This document shows positions 60,133-64,000 of a stretch of DNA of 64,000 nucleotides, piece after piece. The notes under the pieces were generated by a model. It was not told the DNA's origin. It searched no databases and saw only the letters and a list, made by a program, of their open reading frames with translations. The number at the start of each line of letters is the position of its first letter. The stretch's first letter is position 1. Made by a program: the position numbers and the translations under genes. Origin of the DNA: a virus; the IMG/VR virus record IMGVR_UViG_3300010354_000067, positions 10,050 through 74,049 of that record; one strand, 5' to 3'.

Positions 60133-61116
60133 TTAGGCGAATGCGACCTGACGCACAGCCTTCAGCATCGCGTTCTTTGCAGCGTTAGTCGCAGCATCGA
60201 AACCACTAGCAGACGCAAGCACAGACTCAGCGTTGCCATTGCGAGGGCTGCGATACCAGTCAAGGCGCTCAGTGAGTGCGTTGTATGCACCCCACGCAGT
60301 GCCCTTGATGTTGACGCAAGTCTCACCGTTGTAGATGGTGTTGAGAGTGTCGATCTTGTTCTCCCACTTGGTCATGCTGCCCTTGGTGTCAGCCTCGGGC
60401 TTGGGGTAGACAGCAGTGATGATATCGAAGAACTGCTTGTCATTGATCTCCTGCGAGATCATCTCCTGAGCCTGCTTGTCAAACTCGTCAAGGTACTTGT
60501 GCGCAAGGCCAAGCGCCTCACGAGCAGCAGCAACCTTGCCAGTGACAGTCTGAGTGTGGCGAATCTTGTAAGACTGCTTGACACCAGACAGTGCAGCATT
60601 GAGCGTATTCTGGCAGACAACACGCACAGGGGTAACGCTAGCCTGAACAGCAAGCGAACCATCATGCGAGGTATGCACGAGAAGGTAGGTGTTCACCTTA
60701 TCGGTAGCACCGTTAGGGTCAAGCACGATCTCACGATCAAGCGCGAGAGAACCGAACACGACCGTACCGCTCTTGATAGAACCAGCAGTCTCCCAACGAC
60801 CACCGTCCAGCATGTTGTCAGCGAATGAGAACAGTTCCTCATTCTGCACAACCTTGTAACGCTCACCCACAACGCCAAGAACGTCAGCGCCGTTATCGAA
60901 TGGGTTAGTGCGAACGACCGCGAAGTACGGACGATGCGTGCGACCTGGGAGGTCGATATCCTCAATGCGAACATCCCAATCGTTGAGATGTGCAGCAGCG
61001 AGCATCTCGCTCGTGGTGACCTCAGTGTCAAGGATGGTGCCAAGACCGTGCCACGCAGGTTCCCGCAGGGATGCGAAGGAAGCCATCTCGCCGTACTGCT
61101 CCAGCATGTGTGCCAT
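60133..61116 (-). CDS. DUF932/DUF945 family protein
   Basis: PAWHGLG, YKVVQN, SHDGS, TPVRVVCQNTL, GTAWGAYNA. Confidence 0.88.
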   Translation of the reverse strand: MAHMLEQYGEMASFASLREPAWHGLGTILDTEVTTSEMLAAAHLNDWDVRIEDIDLPGRTHRPYFAVVRTNPFDNGADVLGVVGERYKVVQNEELFSFADNMLDGGRWETAGSIKSGTVVFGSLALDREIVLDPNGATDKVNTYLLVHTSHDGSLAVQASVTPVRVVCQNTLNAALSGVKQSYKIRHTQTVTGKVAAAREALGLAHKYLDEFDKQAQEMISQEINDKQFFDIITAVYPKPEADTKGSMTKWENKIDTLNTIYNGETCVNIKGTAWGAYNALTERLDWYRSPRNGNAESVLASASGFDAATNAAKNAMLKAVRQVAFA

Positions 61117-61150
61117 TTGTGTTTTCCAATCTGTAGTAACTGATGGCATA

Positions 61151-61179
61151 AGCATACGCCTATTAGGATGAGTTGTCAA
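61151..61179 (-). promoter_or_regulatory. sigma70-type early promoter
   Basis: TTGACA-17-TATGCT; same class at 56445-56417, 59993-59964, 62221-62192, 62786-62758, 63133-63104. Confidence 0.7.
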
Positions 61180-61326
61180 GGGGTATTTTCTAGGTTTTGG
61201 CGAAATTCTGGGTGTGGTCTTAATCACATCGTAAAGGCTTGACAAATGGAGATTTTTGCGACCGGCCTGGAAGAGTCCCCCTAGGGAGCAATGGTGGGTG
61301 GGGGTATGCTCAACCTAGGGGGACAG

Positions 61327-61399
61327 CGATTCTGATGGGATTCGAACCCACGACCTCCACCGTGACAGGGTGGCGAGCACTCCGCTGCTCTACAGAACC
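61327..61399 (-). tRNA. tRNA-Asp(GUC)
   Basis: GGTTCTG/CAGAATC acceptor, loop CTGTCAC, GGTTCGAATCC. Confidence 0.88.
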
Positions 61400-61406
61400 A
61401 GTGTGC

Positions 61407-61433
61407 AGCAGTTTTACATCATGCTCAGGATGT
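61407..61433 (-). ncRNA. Small H-type pseudoknot motif, copy 2
   Basis: ACATC-CTGAGCAT-GATGT-AAAAC-TGCT. Confidence 0.55.
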
Positions 61434-61547
61434 TCGGGGGATATCCCCAAATAAAGTTGCTAGGTATTCCCTGAGGACTCCTAGCAGTTAGTGTTACGGA
61501 CTGGTATTGCAACCAATGAGTATGCATCCTCTTAGTTTTTCCGCTTA

Positions 61548-61618
61548 CGCACCCTGTCAAGGAATCGAACCCTGCAAGACAAGTTTTGGAGGCTCGTCTG
61601 TACCCAGTACCCAAGGCG
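61548..61618 (-). tRNA. Atypical tRNA-Trp(CCA)-like RNA with reduced D-arm
   Basis: GACGAG-cCTCCAAAa-CTTGTC anticodon arm; CAGGG-TTCGATT-CCTTG T-arm. Confidence 0.55.
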
Positions 61619-61829
61619 TGGGGAATGCTTATTCGGCTTCACATTCCAATACCACCTGACGGATACACTGTGTACCCTGCTAGTTATAACATTCACGAAC
61701 AGGTGGGGGGAAGCGAGTCGATGCTGGCTAGTTCCGACTCCCACGGAACTCTAGCACTAATGGTCCAACGAACCATCGCGGGTCGCATATCCCCAAGCCA
61801 CTATTTAGTTATCTTGTGATTGTATCACA

Positions 61830-61976
61830 TTACTTGACGGTTGTCCACCGCATACCGTTGGCAGTAGCCAGACGGACACGGATGGAACCTGACGGATTCT
61901 GAACGATCTCCTCAATCGTTCCCTCCACACCACTCTTCTGAGTAGTGAACTGCGAGCCAACAGTCAGAGTTGCCAT
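61830..61976 (-). CDS. Small SH3-like protein
   Basis: MATLTVGSQFTTQKSGVEGTIEEIV; AAGGAAG RBS. Confidence 0.6.
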   Translation of the reverse strand: MATLTVGSQFTTQKSGVEGTIEEIVQNPSGSIRVRLATANGMRWTTVK

Positions 61977-62004
61977 TTTGCTTCCTTTCGTTTGTTTGTT
62001 TGTT

Positions 62005-62154
62005 TTACTTGCCAACGATGACAAGAGTCTGGGGGGTAGCCTGAGTCTGGTTGGTTGCACCAATGAACGTACCCTCAGGAGTACGCACAACAGCCTTGAT
62101 GACTGCACCCTGCTGAGTGTTCCACTTCTCAGTGCGAACGATGACCTTGGACAT
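62005..62154 (-). CDS. Small protein, first gene after promoter (not in ORF track)
   Basis: MSKVIVRTEKWNTQQGAVIKAVVRTPEGTFIG... Confidence 0.55.
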   Translation of the reverse strand: MSKVIVRTEKWNTQQGAVIKAVVRTPEGTFIGATNQTQATPQTLVIVGK

Positions 62155-62248
62155 TTACGAACCCACTTTCGTTGTTGTTGTTATGATGGATATTCTAGTC
62201 GATGGTGGGGGTACTTGTCAAGACTTTCCCCCCACCGTTATCAAACTG

Positions 62249-62725
62249 TTACCAAGAGGCACGGTAGATGAAGTCAACCCAAGTATCAGGGCCAACAGAT
62301 GCGAGAACCTTGTCCAACTGACGGACAGTATTCTGCAAGTCCTCCATGTACCACTCATCATAGTCATACGAGCCAAAGAAGAATCCAGGCTGAGTAGGCA
62401 GAGCAGTAGAAGCCATGGCAGGCTGTTCGATGATTGACTTGCACAGATCGCGCAACTCCATCAACTTGTCATGCGAGACATAGATGGACTGACACTCATC
62501 GCGTCCACCATCCAGATCGCAGAACCACTTATGCACGGCATTGGCCTTGCGCCAATACGCAACGCAAATGTCAACATAGGCGTGAGGCGAACCCTCGCAA
62601 CGATCAACATTCATGTATTCACGAATCGCGTCATACATGGCACGCTCATCCTTACCGTCATCGACGGTCTTCCATTCCCAACCACCGACATACTCACGAC
62701 GGTACAGGTACATATCAAGTCCCAT
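62249..62725 (-). CDS. Conserved phage protein (MGLDMY/YWRKAN family)
   Basis: MGLDMYL, YWRKANAVH.WF, GFFFGS..YDEWY, terminal Y.ASW. Confidence 0.7.
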   Translation of the reverse strand: MGLDMYLYRREYVGGWEWKTVDDGKDERAMYDAIREYMNVDRCEGSPHAYVDICVAYWRKANAVHKWFCDLDGGRDECQSIYVSHDKLMELRDLCKSIIEQPAMASTALPTQPGFFFGSYDYDEWYMEDLQNTVRQLDKVLASVGPDTWVDFIYRASW

Positions 62726-62763
62726 TTGGAACCCACCTTTCCTTGTTTGTTAGTAGAACCCTA

Positions 62764-63654
62764 TCACAGATCAGATGTGCTGTCAAGGATTATGCGAAAC
62801 TTTTTTGAGAATTCTGCCTCAATGTGACGACGGTAGCCTTCCTCATCGACCAACACGAAGCGGTAGTCAAGGGTGTCCCCATCCTCAATCTCTACAATTC
62901 TGTAGACAGCACCCTGCACAGTAATTTGATCCCCCACCTCAAGAGAGTACGCTTCCATCAGATCAGTAGTCATTCTGGTTCTCCTTCTTCCAATTGATCT
63001 TCTCACGCTTGCGAATGATCTTAGCAGACTCGCGGGGGTAGCAGCAAGTGCATCCCTTGTGTCCATTCCTCGCAATGTTCCTGTTTGATCTCAACATGGT
63101 ATGACCCTATCACATGATAACACAGGCTGTCAAGGACTCAGGCCAAAAAAATGCTGTTTCTTAAATCACTTCTTAAAGTCTTGACAGATGGTAACTTGTG
63201 TGCCGGATTTCTCTTTCAGCATCTTCCATAGACAATAATAGCAGCAGCCAAAAGGAATAATCCGCCAAAGAATCCTAGGATATTGCTGTTCACTCTATCC
63301 CCAATTCCTTTTCGATACGATCAGCAATGTAGATTAGGTCAAAGTCATAGTCGTCCATTACGTTACCCCTGATATTTGCGAGGCATAGATCACGAATGGT
63401 CAGCAATACATCATGATTCCAATTCATTTGATAGTAGTAGCCACCGAATTCATTTTCTTTACGCATGGCTAGATATCTCTCCCTTGTGCCCTCGCTTGTT
63501 CGACTAATGACCATAGTTCTTGCATGATGTATAGTTCTTCATCATCAATGATCCATTCATCATCACGCACGATCTTCTCCACATTCGGGGCAGGGAGGAT
63601 ATTCCATGTTGTCCATTTGATGTGCGATGAGCATTCCTCGCCAATCATCATCAA
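62764..63654 (-). other. Small hypothetical genes (62764-62973, 63290-63514, 63469-63654 and others)
   Basis: Short - strand ORFs. Confidence 0.45.
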
Positions 63655-63757
63655 GCATGATCACCCCGCACCTCCGCTAATGCGTCATCAAATGACGTTG
63701 AGCAATCTTGACAATCATTGTCTACCCACCATTCAGGATAGTTGCATGTAGGGCAGA

Positions 63758-64000
63758 TCATGATGCGCTACCCCGCTTCACAATCCAGATGAGAGCCTGC
63801 GTTGTGCGAGGCGTGAGGCCATGCTCACTAGCGATATTCCGCACGGCATCGGCAAGCATATTGTAGTCAGACTTATTGACACCCTTGGACGCATCCATGC
63901 CTGCCGCACGAATCATCCAAACGTCAATGACAACCGCGTCAGGGTCACCCGCAATAGCGCGAGCGAATGCATTAGTCTTCTGACCATTGAGAGCATCGAA
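63758..64000 (-). CDS. C-terminal part of HhH-glycosylase-like hypothetical protein (5' outside window)
   Basis: LNGQKTNAFARAIAGDPDAVVIDVWM...QALIW. Confidence 0.5.
   Translation of the reverse strand, partial: FDALNGQKTNAFARAIAGDPDAVVIDVWMIRAAGMDASKGVNKSDYNMLADAVRNIASEHGLTPRTTQALIWIVKRGSAS

Noticed and set aside
61414-61819. ORFs across the RNA array
   Set aside because: They overlap tRNA-like and stem-loop elements and lack an RBS
1-64000. Prophage, integrase, transposon or diversity-generating retroelement
   Set aside because: No integrase, transposase, reverse transcriptase or host flanking genes in the window

Overview
A 64-kb segment of a large, apparently lytic siphovirus-type phage of Actinobacteria (WhiB, FmdB-type and MSMEG_6728-type genes, leaderless promoters). 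The + strand (1-54.9 kb) carries the end of the major capsid gene, head-tail and tail genes (tail chaperone with a -1 frameshift, 2367-aa tape measure), a replication/recombination block (DnaB, primase, SSB, DnaE, RecA, Cas4-like nuclease, RuvC), terminase, endolysin, small accessory genes, a tRNA array and nucleotide-metabolism genes. A - strand cassette of three glycosyltransferases and an FkbM methyltransferase interrupts the tRNA array. The right arm (55.2-64 kb) is - strand: short operons of small genes behind sigma70-type promoters. The least explained signals are non-coding. (i) A repeated TCGTAA-N24-29-CCGG / TTGACA-N16-17-CCGG element lies between the right-arm modules. (ii) A 27-nt H-type pseudoknot occurs twice with a covarying stem. 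(iii) A ~550-nt array of structured RNAs contains two tRNAs. Two protein-level systems also stand out: a probable late-expressed virion glycosylation system, and small head-type proteins sharing K-based linkers and a C-terminal K-x-x-W/F tag. All product calls come from motifs and synteny read by eye; no searches were run.
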